Source: Octopus sinensis (lineage: Eukaryota). From it: a stretch of DNA of 64,000 bases. Below, one piece after another: positions 12,831-27,430 of this stretch. Each line of letters opens with the position of its first letter. Within the stretch, counting starts at the first letter, position 1. The translations under genes were made by a program, and so were the position numbers. The stretch is from NCBI RefSeq assembly GCF_006345805.1, contig NC_043004.1:43524001-43588000 (forward strand), given 5' to 3'. Under the pieces are notes generated by a model that saw only the letters and a program-made list of their open reading frames with translations, was not told where the DNA came from and did no database searches.

Positions 12831-13499
12831 TACATGGGATATTCATAGCTACAATGCCTCTCATTTTATATTCGCCCTCATGGCGTATAATATGGTAATA
12901 TTATGAAATCTCGAAAATGTGAAACCTAAGCATTAATTACATAATCATGTCTGCTGCAAAGCTGCTGCTCTTTTGAGATTTATTATATTCAAATAAATAT
13001 TAATATTCCGTAAATATTTTGAGAAAAGTAGCGTACATATCCATAGACATATACTCACATTTAAATATTTCTTCTTCAGCAGGATATCCCTGGAAATCAT
13101 ACAGATATATTTTACGGGAATATTTAAATGACTTTAGTTTGGCTTATTATATAAGGCAAATCCATAAGACAGGATTGATATTTTTCTACATGAATGTAGT
13201 GTGCAAAATCAAGCGGCAAAAAAAAATATGCTTTAAAAATCCCGTATTGTTTGGAACCGATACATTAAAAACTAAAGAACAATGTATGACTATGAAAGCG
13301 TCTTCTATATACGTTGAATCAGAGAAAAGCACTTTTTATTGAAAATTATCACTGAAATTTTGTGTGTGTGTGCGTGCGTGTGTATGCGTGTGCGCACGAG
13401 CGGTTACGTGTGTGTGCATGTGTGCGCGTACCATGTATCACTGACTGTGTGTTATTACGTATATATGCTTCCCTATATAATAAGATATTATAGTGATAA

Positions 13500-14240
13500 A
13501 ACTAATATGAGGGGGTATAATTTGTGTGAAGAGGTATGTGATGAGGGTGAGGTGTTTAATCATTGCCTGCATGAAAAGAAGTACATTGAATCTTACCAGC
13601 GCACCCCACAATGACTGCCTCGACCGTCTGCAAACGACCGTCCACCAATGTCCTTGGGCCCAGCAAAGTTTGACCAAACCAAACACCAAGACAAACATGG
13701 AAACACAGGCAGACACCCCTATAAGGTGGACCCACACAAAATAAAATCTCTCTACCCCCAACATACATCCCTTCATACAAATTGCACCCCACGTATACAC
13801 AGATCCCACACCCACACATTACACACCTCACACTAATATAACAACCCCCCACGGCTTTATCATTTACAGAAAGAAGACAAACTAATAAACACAAGTATAC
13901 ATGACACCACTACACATACCACATGCGCCATCCCACATTTTTCTCCACTTCAAGGTAACTCTTGCCGGCTTCACAGCATACCCAACCAAGAGGCATAACT
14001 CCTAAACTAACACCCTGGCCAATTTTTGTTCCATTACTTTTTTCAAAGCAAACGCTGACCGGTTATACTAATACACCTCCGTCAATAGAGAGCAGTTGCC
14101 ATACTCCTTTCTATATTGGCTATCTATGATGCGCGGGAAGTTATATAATCGGTTTGTTATCTAACACACCATTGCATTCTTTACGCGAAACCGATTGGTA
14201 AGACCAGTCGTGATGGATATTTAATACTATACATTTCGGA
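13500..14240 (+). mobile_element. C/A-rich non-coding PLE-like unit ending in a decayed HHR and (TA)n
   Basis: tct-ATGATG-cgcgggaag...ctttacgc-GAAAC-cgattg-GTA-aga at 14123-14203. Confidence 0.4.
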
Positions 14241-14267
14241 TAATATATATATATATATTATCCGAAA

Positions 14268-14820
14268 TGTACTTGCATAGTGAGTGTCTTGATCTGAGAT
14301 CGTGTGCTGAAGCAAAAACAATTGCAGCATGGACGATATTTATAAGCTATTTAAGAACGCACAAAGAAGAATACCGCTAGTTTCATTTCAACATTTAAAT
14401 TTAAAGTTGTGTCAAAATATTTTAGTCATTTTGAAACCGCGACCTGTTCACTGCAGTACGACGTTTTGTCAGTGAATAGGTCGCGGGTTTCAAAGCAACG
14501 AAAATATTTTGACACAACCTAAATTTAAATGTTGCAGTAATTCTAACCTTTTCTTTTGTTTTATGTATGTTCTAAATGGCATATAATCATCTTCCACGCT
14601 CCAATTGTATATATGTGTGTATAGAGAGATGTAGGAGGAGAGGGAGGGAGAGAGACTTGCAGTTTGTTACTAAACTCGAACGACTGGTCGGCAAAGTTTG
14701 CATATCAATGTCAGATAGGTCCTGTATGTAATTTCCTACACGAGGAATAGACTATTTTTAGAGTAATGCCTTCTCAGTGTAAATTGGTTTCGTTTGTTCA
14801 GTGAAACCCTTAAAAGCAGT

Positions 14821-14891
<71 letters not shown>

Positions 14892-15276
14892 TAACATATA
14901 ATATATATATATGCAAAGCGTCTTTGGAAATTTTACATTTGGATGTGTTTCTTTTTCAATAATCTAAAAAGGTCTGTAGCATAGAGAACGACACATTTCT
15001 CCTCAAGGTGAAATTCAATACACTTTTAATTATTTTTGCTTTTTGTGCTAATGATCCACGCACAAATAACTTGTGCTATTACAACAATAAACGCTATATT
15101 ACATTTACAATCTATAGTAACGTTATCCTCAACTATTAGGAAACGCCCATATATTCATGTCATGAACATGATTTTATATAACAAGGGAAAACATCCTATG
15201 CTAATTTCACTTTGAGTAAAATGAGAGATTCACCAGCACACGATCACAGATCAAGACACTTGCTATGCAAGTACAT
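14268..15276. mobile_element. Palindromic MITE family: inverted termini at 14268-14309 and 15235-15276, internal fold-back at ~14320-14610
   Basis: tacttgcatagtgagtgtcttgatctgagatcgtgtgctg pairs with cagcacacgatcacagatcaagacacttgctatgcaagta. Internal arms: caacatttaaattt..tgtgtcaaaatattt..gaaaccgcgacctgttcactg / cagtgaataggtcgcgggtttc..aaatattttgacaca..aaatttaaatgttg. Confidence 0.6.
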
Positions 15277-16035
15277 CTCAGTAATATACATATGTGTGTG
15301 TGTGTATGTATGCATGTATATATATATATGTATATTATCCGTAGGCAACTTAGCAGAATCTGCCTTTTCTTTCTCTGAGAACATCTAACTAGTATAGGTT
15401 ATGGGCATTTTAAAAACGAAAACAAATAATTCAGGGTTTATATTTATGACTTAACTAATTTTGAAACATTGCCATACACATGGGAAATTAGGAGCGAGAT
15501 AAAAATAGTATCTCAAAAAAAAATGAAAGTGATACATACAATGTTCACTGAGAGAGAATGTTAATAGAAGTAATTTTCATTACGTTCTAATTAACTCTGT
15601 GATAAAGAAAAAAAAAGTCAATTACGCAATTACAATTATATAATTGATCATTAGAATAAGTCAGTTTTTTCTCATTCAAGTTCAATGAATATAATTAGAT
15701 ATCGATATATATCTGCTATACTGCGCAATTATTTCTTGCAGCTACAATTTTACTCTCAATAACAATTAAATCATCTCATATATATGAGTAGATAAACATA
15801 TGTATAATTAAGGACGAGAAATACTGACATTCTAAGCTAAGTAGAAAGTCATAATCATAGAAAAAAAGGTTTTTAAAAATGTATCATCGGAAACTTTTGG
15901 GAGTCTTTATTGGCAGTATAGTTATTCCACCTTGGGAAATACTTTCAGAAAATTCACAGCTTTAATCGACACTAATATTCGGTGCTTTTGCCCGCGCAGC
16001 TATCTTATTTTATAACTTACTATATACATATAAAC

Positions 16036-16104
<69 letters not shown>

Positions 16105-16151
16105 GTGTGTGTGTGTATGCATGTATATGAAATCGGTGATACAGCAGCAAT

Positions 16152-16181
<30 letters not shown>

Positions 16182-16186
<5 letters not shown>

Positions 16187-16501
16187 GTAAAATAATATGT
16201 GACAATTATTCAATAGCCAATATAAAACTCTGAGTTTCGGATGCCAAGGTGGAAATCCACAACACCATTTCTTCGGTTTCTGGCCATCTGAAAAACGCTA
16301 TGAAAAAAGACCGTTATACAAAGATTTTTCAGATAGACAGATAACCGAAGAGATGGTGGTGTGGATTTCCAACTCGGCATCCGAAACTCAGGGTTTTTTC
16401 TTGGCTATTGAATAATTGTCACATATTATTTTGCAGATAAATTTCCTCTATTTACATAATATTGAGGTATCTTTCTTTCTTTTGTTATCTTACCGTTTTT
16501 A

Positions 16502-16505
<4 letters not shown>
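16182..16505. mobile_element. (TA)n-flanked fold-back unit (arms ~16182-16295 / ~16325-16439) with HHR-like motifs
   Basis: ~110-bp inverted arms. Each reads aa-CCGAAGA-(g/a)atg...catcc-GAAAC-tcag(a/g)gtt. Confidence 0.65.
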
Positions 16506-16564
<59 letters not shown>

Positions 16565-17879
16565 GAGAGAGAGAGAGAGGAGAGAGAGAAACGCAATAAT
16601 TTACATGAATTAAAGAATGTGTATCAACTACTGTACTACAAATGTTAAAAATATTCGGTGTTAAAAACGATTTGCGAGATATCGCATGCATTATGTAATT
16701 AATGATTATTAAAAATGTTACTTAATTTCTAGTTTGTCACACTGTGTAATTGAAAGCTTTTCGAGAAATTTTATTTTTTTAATCGCCTATCGTAAATTTG
16801 TTCTTTCATTTTGCTAATTATTCATAAATATACAAATCGTTACGCTATTGCTAAAAGTGCATTCTAATTATACTGTCTGTTATGGATATCCGAAATTATC
16901 TATAATTGTTCACGCTATATTGTGTAATATTTTAGATAAGGATATTACATTCCAGCCGAAATCCAATTTAAGACACATTTTGTTAGGCTTTCATTTTATA
17001 TGCAATTTGTTTGCCTTTTCCATTATTTAAAAGAGAATAATTAAATTAAATGTTCATTTTCATATTTCTATCTAAAGTAATGTTACACCTAACATGTTTG
17101 ATTTGGTGAAAGTTAATGTTGGTTAAAGTTCCTGGTTATTCGAATGCTACACAATAAAAATAACGTGAATTCAAAGTAAACATGACAAACGAATAACTAA
17201 GTGAAGACATCATGGCATTATAGCAAACGCACAGTATAGGTATTCTTATAGGTAGTGGGTAGCGATTTTCTTCACTACATCAGGTAATGACAACCCTGCC
17301 TGACACGAGTCTGGTGCTCAGGTGGCTCCTGCTGACAGTGCCCGGTATGGGCCCCTATGCAGGGTTACGGAAAGGAAAGGAAACAACCTTCAAAGAAATT
17401 CGGAGTGGAGCCCCGTAGGCGGTTTAGTGTTCAAATTGACACTCTTCTGGCAGATCCTGCAACCAAGCTTGTGCCAAACGTAATGCTCTGCACTCCTTTG
17501 GACAACATCAGAAAGATCGAGAGAGGAATCCTGACGATTTGGCTACCCAGGATTTTCTTACATCTAGCCCAGGCCTATGCAAGATTGGAGAGGAAACTAG
17601 AGAGGACATGAAATGTAAAAACGAGACTGGATTAGTTTATGCGCAACTCCATTGTTTCTCGAGACAAAAGGATGCCAACAAGATATTCTTAATTAATTGC
17701 AAAAGACGCCAAAATAATAGTAATAGTAAATAATAGTAATACACGTAACACACACACATGTAATGACTCTCCACGAAGCATAAGTTGAAGTATATATTTA
17801 TATGAGATGCAAAAGATTTTAGATTCTACTCGAAATGGGTAATGTCAAGACCAGAAATACAGACGGAATTTTCGTATCA

Positions 17880-18345
17880 TTAGCTATCTCTCGAAAGAAC
17901 TTCTGTTTTTTTCTTGTAAGATTGTACAGCTTCACTAAATCAACAATATAGGCGTAAGAAGTGGTACAAAGAGATGGAGAAAATAGCAAAAACGAACATA
18001 GGAAATATAACTAAATATTCCGTGGTGTGATAGATAGTGACGACGAATAAGTGAAGACATCACGGATAGAGAAGGGGAAGAACACATTTATGCATACGAC
18101 TGGATGATTCAACGAGAAACGAAAAACAGTTGTGTCCGACGTTGTAAAATAAATATGTATGCATCAGGAAGTTAGTCCGAAACGGTAAAGAACTGAATGG
18201 AGGGAGAAGCAAAACAAAACCATTGTTCTCTCAAAGATTGGCATTAAAAAGAAAGGGTAACCGGAGCGGATGAGACAAACCTTTGGAGAAGAAGTACATA
18301 AATATTATGGAGATGGAGAGAAATATTGTATGATCAGGAACGAGA
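17880..18345 (+). mobile_element. Highly decayed RTE-like LINE RT C-terminal relic
   Basis: Fragmentary translation near 18250-18340 (..KKG*PERM..RWREILYDQE) resembles the RTE C-terminal GRP..W...DR pattern; weak. Confidence 0.3.
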
Positions 18346-19525
18346 AACATTAAGAGTGCACATTGTGCGGAAATATAGCAGTCTTAAAATTTGTAAGAAA
18401 AAAACAACACTATATCTAGCATTAAGTACATCAAAACATGTAAAATTGATAATGCCATGAAAATACTTCGTTATTTTGCACTTCAGGTGGAAAGAGGATT
18501 CTCATTCAGAAGATTAAAGATACGTGAATATGAGAATGTTGTTTTAAGCGTAGTTTCACTAAATGCATTTATTTAATTGTGTCCTGGAATATGTAATTAT
18601 GGTTAAGACTTTAAATAGAGTAAGATTTTGAGTAGCTATGATTTGATTCTGCTCAAACAGTTTGTGCTACTACAGACAATGAAGAACGATTAAAATATCA
18701 ACAGCCAAGCATTCCTTATAACTTGAAAGAACAACTAAGCCACAATAGTTAAATGTTCTTTTAAATATTGAATGAATGGAAAAATTGGAGTGAAACTGAA
18801 CTTTGTTTTGCGTTTTCTTTTATTGGTTTTACACAAGATAACAGAAACTTCAGAACAGCACACTATGCCTATATTTTTAAATTGCATACTATACATTATT
18901 GCAGAGATCATGGAAATGATACGATGTTTAGATATAAGCTAAATAAATAATTCTCAAGTTTTGCTGTTTCTGGAACAATATTCATAGTAACCAGAAATAT
19001 CGTAGCTTGCTAATGTTTTAAATGTTAGAAGTATAAACTTGCAGAGAGACAATAGAATAGCTCAATATTTTTCCATAAGTTCAAATAATCAGTTTTGTGT
19101 TTTAAGCATTTTATTCATATTCAACGCAATGCTTGGACAATGAACTGAATAACTGATTACACCATGTTAAATAGTCGTTTTCATACAACAGAAATTATAT
19201 CACTAATTACACCGGTGTTTGTTGAATTTCTCTGGAGAACATTCTTTTCTTTCTAGTTAGATCTTCTAGCATATTGGTTATCCACCTAGTGGTTTGTCAC
19301 TAAATATACACATGTATTGATATCTTTTCTGATTTTTCAGATTTTTTATATATGCTAGACTACTGGTTTTAAATTGATATTAATTAAATTAATATTCAAA
19401 TTATCTCCCTCATTTATATATAGATATAAATAGATAGATACACATATACATACATACGCCCACACTTATGCATGCACGCACACGCATATACGTATGTACA
19501 AATATATACATGTATACATATATAC

Positions 19526-19681
19526 GACAGGCTTCTTTCCGTTTCCGTCTATTAAATCCACTGACAAGTGTTTGGTTGGCCTGAGGCTAGAGTAGAAGAT
19601 ACTTACACAAGGTGCCACGCAGTTGAACTAATCCTAGAACACTGTGATTGGAAAGCAAGTTTCTTAGCACGGATCCACGCC
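19526..19681 (-). mobile_element. SINE family B, 5' part
   Basis: Homologous to 33164-33330. Confidence 0.75.
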
Positions 19682-21361
19682 GTATGTTGATATGTTATAC
19701 TCTATTTAAATTTATGTTTTATATTCAATAGATTTTACCAAATGATATTGCACCAGCCCATCCTGCAGTCTTACTCATTTTTGTGCGTCTATTTTGCGAT
19801 TCGATCTTTAAATGAAAATCAAAAGAACCGTAATTTAATCGACCGCAGCATCTTCACCGTCAATAATAAACTGCTATTTCTACTTACCTCTCCAGAATCG
19901 ATTGGGAAATGTTGGAAACATTCCCAAAAGAGATGGAACTTTAACGAACCGATTTAGAATACATTAGGCAATATCATGAGAATGATCTATGCAAAGTCAA
20001 AACACTGAAATTGTTATTTATAGCTCTAGTTTGGTTAAGACGAAACATATAAATCTGCAATGCTTCAGTAGAGTCACAATATATGTGTGTAGAAACATCG
20101 CCAATTATTAAGATCTTCTCTTTCTCAGTGCGTGTGTATTGTATCCTCGTCTTCTTACTTTTTTGTTTATCACGATAGTCTATAGATGCTTGTAATGTTC
20201 CCTGATAAAAAGTAATCCTAATAAATCCTCAAATCTAAAATTTCCGTTCTCGCCACTCTACACAGGGAAGTAAATACTTACTTGCGTAAGTTCTGCTACA
20301 TTGTTTTATTAAACACAAAATTATAAAGGAGTTCGTTCTATTCATTTCTAAAATTTGTATTATGTTACCGTTTGGGGATAAAACTGATTTGTAATCCCTC
20401 AAATCATGTATGCGTTAAAGGTATTTTATTTCAAGGATATCACTAACTTCCGAACTAACGGTTGTTAAATAGGATTTAATCGAAGTTACTAACAGAAATG
20501 CGTTTAATTTTAAAATAAAAAGATCGTTACTTTCGTCATTGCCAACAACATAGGAAAACATCACTTGGGGTATAAAAACGCGTTATATTTATTGGAAGAG
20601 TAATGAATTGATTTCCGAATATACTAATAAACTATAAGTAGTCTATTGTAAGATACGATGATTATTTAGTTCTATAAATAAGAAAAACTAAATAATTTAT
20701 TAGCTACACGCACCCGGATATTATATGGAATTTTGCATCAGCATTTACAAAGAAAAACTTCTAGTTATAGGAATTCAAATTGTTTATTAGTTGACTTATG
20801 AACATTTTGGATAAATGCATGTATATGTATATATTTACATACATACAGTTACACTTAGTTTTTTAATCCGAGGGGAGGCAATTCGAGCAGCAACTACAAG
20901 AACACTACAAAATACACAGAAAGATCAAACACATACATATATTCATATATTCATTTATAACTACAGAACATATATAAAGTCCGACGTTTAAACATTTTGT
21001 AATATATAAATATATAAACATCATATAAAAATATATAATTATATAAGAAAATCAATGTTGCATATATAACACCTTGAACAGTTACTCTTATACACTCACG
21101 CACACACACATATACACATGGCCATATATAAATATATATGCATGAATGTATGTATGCATAGATACATGTAAATATATATATATATACATATATATACAAA
21201 TAAGAAAATGGGGGAACAAATTCATTTCGATCATCAATTTACGGATATTACAATTTCATATTATTTATTAATTATACAAATAGGAACATGAAAATCGAAC
21301 AGAACAATATACATCAATATGCAAATTAATAACAAAATAAAGATAATACAAATAAACTGCT

Positions 21362-21490
21362 CCTTACAGCTGTTTCCGGCTATGGTCAAGAGACAATTCA
21401 ACTTCAATTGTCCATATATGCCATTGTAGTATAGTCTTAGGCATTAAAGATTATATTTCTGCGTTTAAATAACCAAATGCCTGTCAGAGG
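21362..21490 (-). ncRNA. Degenerate hammerhead-like motif (same GAAACAGCTGTA type as 1782-1830)
   Basis: cct-CTGACAG-gc...gcc-gGAAAC-agct-GTA-agg. Confidence 0.35.
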
Positions 21491-21601
21491 ATATACATAA
21501 CTATAATGTTATGATAATAATATTGATATATAAAAAAACATGCTTCCCATACTATCCAATAAGAACAAGAAAATAAATGATAAGACAGATACTCAAAGTA
21601 T

Positions 21602-21634
<33 letters not shown>

Positions 21635-21820
21635 CATAAATACATATATACATATAAAATATACAAATATACATAAATATACACGCATAGGTAAATCGTA
21701 CATATTAATCACATGTGCAAAAAACATGAAGAACAGCAATGAACAGTATATCACATTACATTGGATTATCATGCTTCGTATAGTGGGTTACCTTCATAAC
21801 CCCTATCTTACTTTGTATAT

Positions 21821-21864
<44 letters not shown>

Positions 21865-22211
21865 CGTGTGTTTGTGTGTGTGTGTGTGTGTGTGTTTGTG
21901 TGTGTGTGTTATAAAGCACATTACTATACATAAATGCCACACGCTAGGAGGGACTCTTAAAGTAAAAACTACCCAAATAAATAAACACATCGTACCAAAT
22001 GGAACTCTCGAAGCAAGTAATTTAAAACAGAATTTAGCTGCAGATCACATGATTTCATAATTAGTACAGCAATGCGCTTTTTAATCATCAGTGCAAACAT
22101 ACCTCAAGATATATAACGAATGAACAATATCAACATACCAGACGAACAACCAATATAACCAACGTAGCATATAGAAATGTTCACCTTTTATACATCTATG
22201 TAATTGGCGGG

Positions 22212-22280
<69 letters not shown>

Positions 22281-22283
<3 letters not shown>

Positions 22284-23040
22284 CCAGAAAATGGAGTCAG
22301 AACGCAACAGACGACTATAAAACATGCCAACAGATGCGAAGACAGAAAGGAGAAACAATAAAGAAAATAAATAACGGACTGGAAACAACAAGGACGGGTC
22401 ATGTGCAGCTTCCTCTCATCAATCAAGTTATTAAACTAGCCTTACAGCATTAATATTTTTGGAGAAAGTAAGCGAATGTGTACAACAAAGAAAAATGGTG
22501 AACATGCTACACAATTACAAATACAGAAAACAAGAAAATAACAACAGGTGTCTTTCGGCTAATAAAGACAAAGCAAATGGTGCTGGCGCGTGTAGAGCGA
22601 AAGCCTTGAGCCAGGAACATAATAGATGAAAGTCAAGAGACAGGATATCCGAGATGCTTCGCGGTCGGCTGCCGTGTCAAGAAAGAAAGATCATGCCTGG
22701 CGTAAACCGGGCACGTAGAAGGAAAAGAGAGAGATAGGGGCATGGGGACTGAATGATTAGTGGAAAAACGAGAAAGAGGGGAAATCAAATGGACATGGAG
22801 AAAGGTACAAGGGAGATAAACGGGGGGGGGTACGAGTTAAAGAAATGGCTGCCCGAATTAAAGGAATTTAACGTGTAACAGTCCGATACTGTAAGGATAA
22901 TTTGGTAATTTGACTGATGACACGTCCTTGTTTTTTTCCTGTCCGTCTTTTTATAGTTATTTTATTGTTTTGCCTGTCCGGTTTCGTATCTTCTATCTGC
23001 CCGAATGTTTTATTGCGGTGTGTTGCTTTCTTGTTCCATT
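22281..23040. mobile_element. (TA)n-anchored unit with diverged inverted arms
   Basis: acggactggaaacaacaaggacgg..tcatcaatcaagtt (22373-22430) pairs with aatttgactgatgacacgtccttgtttttttcctgtccgt (22907-22946). Confidence 0.5.
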
Positions 23041-23631
23041 TTTAAAATACTATATATGCATATAGAAGCATACGTACACTTTTGCTCACCTTGTAAGTAT
23101 ATATATATATATGTGTGTGTATGTGTGTGTGTGTGTGTGTGTGCGCGTGCGTGTATATGTGTGTGCGAATGCGTGCGTGTGTGACCGTGTGTGCGCGTGT
23201 GTTTGCGTGTGCACATACACACATGTATATACCCGTAGAGCATCAGCATGGATATATGTGAATGTTATGGGTTACTGAAATTACCTGTATTTGGATTTCA
23301 TGTGATTTAAGCTGATGGTCCAAATCTCATTATACTATTACTGCTTTGCTGCATATAATTATCTTTCGGTTGGTTAAAAAAATCTACTTAATTCTTTGAA
23401 ACAGAAACTTGTGGATGACTTTGCACAAAATCGGAAAGTGATACAAAAACTCTATTGGATGATTCAGTATCTCTGGCTTAATATATTTATCAATGAAAAC
23501 CATATACATATTCATGCTGAGTGAGTACCATTCTACACTTCTGAAAATGTATATTACTCCAGAGACTTCTATTTTCTCTGGCGATTTTTAGTATCACTAC
23601 ATCTTTCTGTTTTGTTACCAGAAGTGTGCTG

Positions 23632-23682
<51 letters not shown>

Positions 23683-23774
23683 ATATATTAATACACTGTT
23701 CCGCGGTAGAAAATTCAGCAAAAAAATTCTCCTAGTGATATACATGCATAGGTAGTGTTTTAGCATTTTATTCT

Positions 23775-23985
23775 TCTACTTGTTTCAGTCATTTGACTGC
23801 GACCATGCTGGAGCACCGCCTTTAATTAAACAAATTGACCCCAGGACTTATTCTTTGTAAACCTAAGACTCATTCAATCGGTCTCTTTTGCTGAACCGGG
23901 GACGTAAACAATCAAAAACAGGTTGTCAAGCGATTCTGTGGGAACAAACACAGACAAACATACACACACACATATACACACACAC

Positions 23986-24053
<68 letters not shown>

Positions 24054-24150
24054 TATATAATATATATATATATATAATATATATACGATGGGCTTCTTTC
24101 AGTTTACGTCTAACAAATCCACTCACAAGGCTTTGGTCGGCCCGTGGCCA
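23775..24150 (-). mobile_element. SINE family B (head missing)
   Basis: Homologous to 33260-33566, with an internal microsatellite. Confidence 0.8.
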
Positions 24151-24976
24151 TAAAAGAGGTACATAGATGGGACGTAAAATGAGAAACACAAAGGGTGAAG
24201 AAGCTGCTTAACTAAAAATTAATATCTGAATGATGATAGCAGAAGAAAATGATGTAATTAGTGATACAATTAAAAATATATTTAAATATAATTATTATTG
24301 CAATATACAACAATTCACGTAGGAAGAAAATGCATCCAATTATCTGGGTAGAACCTTTACCTTTTACCATTGACCCCACTTAACTGGTGTCGGTCACTCT
24401 CAACTTGCTTGTCACAAGCTTCCCTCTTTTCACGAATGTACTCAGCAAAAGGCACCTATTCTCCATCTTGATGTTACTTACGAGGTAGTAACTAAAAGAA
24501 TTCACAGACTCCTAGCCGGAGACAAAAGTACCTGTCACTATTCCTCTTACACGCGTCTTCCATACTGTTTCTTTCAGTTTGGCTACTACGCAGAAATACA
24601 AACCTTCCTTTACGGCACCACCACCTTCTGTGTCATCTTACACAGCTCCTTCAGTCCGGCTAGGACCACTTCCCTTTTTTTCACCTTTGCAGCCTCAACA
24701 AAACAATTTACTCTTTACAAATGATCGTCCATTCTATTTACCGCCTTAACGAGATCCTCCTCCGCTGAGGACAGCTCATACTCGCTAAGGTCCGAATACG
24801 CTAAGGTCACTGACAAACCACTGCAAAGCAGCTCCAAATCTTCCGCCCCTTTCGTCAAAAGCCAACACAGCGAATAGACTGATGCATGCGCGGGAAGCAA
24901 GATTCTTACCACACAGCACGCCTACGCTTATGTGTGTCTATGTATGTGAAAGAGAGTGTGTGTCTGTGTGTGGATA

Positions 24977-25041
<65 letters not shown>

Positions 25042-25619
25042 CAAGTCAAAACAATTAAATGAAAAGTTTTATCGGTCGACACAAAAATAGAAAGGGAAAT
25101 AACTAAAATGAAAGCAATTGTTAAAGTGGACCTCTCGGAGGGTTATGATAAGGAGACGAGATGGATTTTGATGGAAAAATATAAGTACAGTAAGGTAAAA
25201 GAGGCCTTCCCTTCAAATATAACTCCAATGGGGCCCGAAGTGAATTTCGAACCCAGCGCTCCAGTGATGGACTATAAGGAAATTAGGAACTATATAAAAT
25301 GCTAAGTAGAAAAGAACTGTTTATGTTGAAATAATTTTGAAAAGACTGGGGAGAAAATTGTGAAAAGAACTTTTGAAAGATGTTGAAATAATTTTGAAAA
25401 GAAGTGTTGAAATAACTAAAATAACGTAATCACCCCGCATGTGTATATTGTCCCCTCTAGGTTTAGCTCCTTGTAGGTAATAAATAAATCAATTGCAAAA
25501 TTTCCTAGTTGGACGTGTTTTTGCTTCGCTGCGTTTTTTTTTTTATTTTTGTTCGTTAGTCATTTTGTGATTTTCAGGAGTTTTGAGTATAACGCCACCA
25601 TTTTTTGGTGAGCGTTGAT

Positions 25620-26070
25620 GAAATGGAGAAAGTAAAGACATAGGCGACCGCTACGGGGAGTCGAGCTTCTGTCGTCCCAGGCCTGCTGAAGCAATACGAA
25701 ATGCGCTGGAATGAAGAAATGGCTAAGAAATTCGGAAAATATCTAGAGTTGGTACAAAAAGAGAGGCCAAACGTAAAGTTGACCCCACGAGAGCAGGAAA
25801 AGGCGAAACTAAAAATTACGGTGGTGGAATATAAATCGTTTACAAGGAACAATAAAAGAATAGAGAGCGCAACTAAGGAGGTTGTGGAGGAGTGTTTGAA
25901 GAAGGCAAGACACATGCATCTGTGGAGATCACATTTGTATAGGAGAAGGCAGCAAGAAAATGCGCAAATGAGACGTTAACTGGAGGATGCTCTTACTCAA
26001 TCGGCTGGGAAGAAGTCCAACGTGGATTAGGGTGGGTAGGATCCCGCCGAAAATAGAGTCGGGATAGAGT
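25620..26070 (+). pseudogene. Retroelement ORF1/gag-like relic, copy 1 (internally deleted)
   Basis: KITVVEYKSFTRNNKRIESATKEVVEECL aligns with RMVVYKIYSRKEKRIMSVNNEVVEKCL at 26673-26885. Confidence 0.55.
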
Positions 26071-26443
26071 AATAATTAAATCAATTGCAACATTCACTTG
26101 TTTTTCCTTTTTTTTCCTTATAAATATGTTCCTCAGTTACAGTCTTTACAAGATTATATCGACTTACCTGTCTCTCACAATGTCTTTTACCTTTATAATC
26201 TTTTAAGTTCGGGTGTCCTTTCTTGTTGATTATCTGTTGAAATTGTTATGGTTGGAATTGAACTGTTGTCGTCATTTTGACGAAAATTTTGGCCCTACGG
26301 GGCAGAAAAATTATTTTTGATTAACTTATTGGACTGATTTTTGTGATATTTTTTTTTACCCGTTCCAGAGTAAAAAAAAAAATTTTTGTCATTTTGAGAA
26401 AAATATTTAGGATTTTTCTGTTATTCGGAGGCCATTTGTAAAA

Positions 26444-27430
26444 ATGTCTTTGAATTTTTTGAATGTCAACTTTCTGTTCTCAACGGAGGATTTCCCGGCG
26501 ATGAAAGAAAGAAACCAAGTTTGTAACCAGGAAAGAAAGGAAAAGCCAAGTTGGTCAGCCTCTGTTGGTGGCAATTTCTTTGAATTGGAGGTATGTAAGG
26601 AACAATTATTTAAGTTTCAAAACCCTATAAAGAAAAAGTGGCAACTAAGCAAAACTTCTGCCACCACAGGATATGGTACAACATTTAACTGCCAGAATGG
26701 TAGTATACAAAATATACAGCCGTAAAGAAAAAAGAATAATGTCAGTGAATAACGAGGTTGTAGAGAAGTGCCTCGCCACCATATGGGGAAAAATTACCTA
26801 CGTCAGTCGAGGACCAAGAAGCCCCACTATTAAAGCGCAATTCGAGGACGCTAAAATTGCAAAGGAAATATCGACTCAAACGTAACAAAAATGATGAGAT
26901 AATGTTGCTCCCGACCTACCTAGTCGGAGAATTGCAAAAATAACATAAGAGGAGATACCAGCTGGTTACGATGTAACACGGATGGCAGCGGCCGTAATTT
27001 ACGACGCAGAAGAAGAAATAATACTAAAATGTAAAAGCGAGAGGCTCTAAACTGGAATGACCAAACACTCGAGATGGTAGTTGAAGCCTCAAATGGAATA
27101 CTCGAATCAAGGCTAGACCGCATTTTTATTGGGGAGGGACTAAGTATCTCTCGAGGGACGTAGACCCAGATGCTTTAAATGTGGAGAAAAAGGGCACGTC
27201 CGCTCGGAGTGCGAAAAAGCTAACAAACAACAACAGAAAAAGTCTCTTCCCAAAAAGGAAGTAACAAGAAAGTGACGTAAAACGTCACAGGAAAAGCGAA
27301 ATAAAGGAAAATAAAAAACGTAGAAAACACACAACAGAAGGAAACCAATGAGGAAATGGAATTCATCACAGTGGTTTCACACAAAAGAAACAAAAGCCCA
27401 TGGTACACAAAACGAAAACATGCAGAAAAA
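26444..27430 (+). pseudogene. Retroelement ORF1/gag-like relic with CCHC zinc knuckle, copy 2
   Basis: 27143-27212 translates as VSLEGRRPRCFKCGEKGHVRSEC (Cx2Cx4Hx4C). Multiple frameshifts; no RT downstream. Confidence 0.75.

Noticed and set aside
19880-19945. Candidate 51-nt minus-strand exon with an AG|GTAAGT donor (also 49750-49822 on +)
   Set aside because: Splice-like signals alone are not enough; no homology or linked exons
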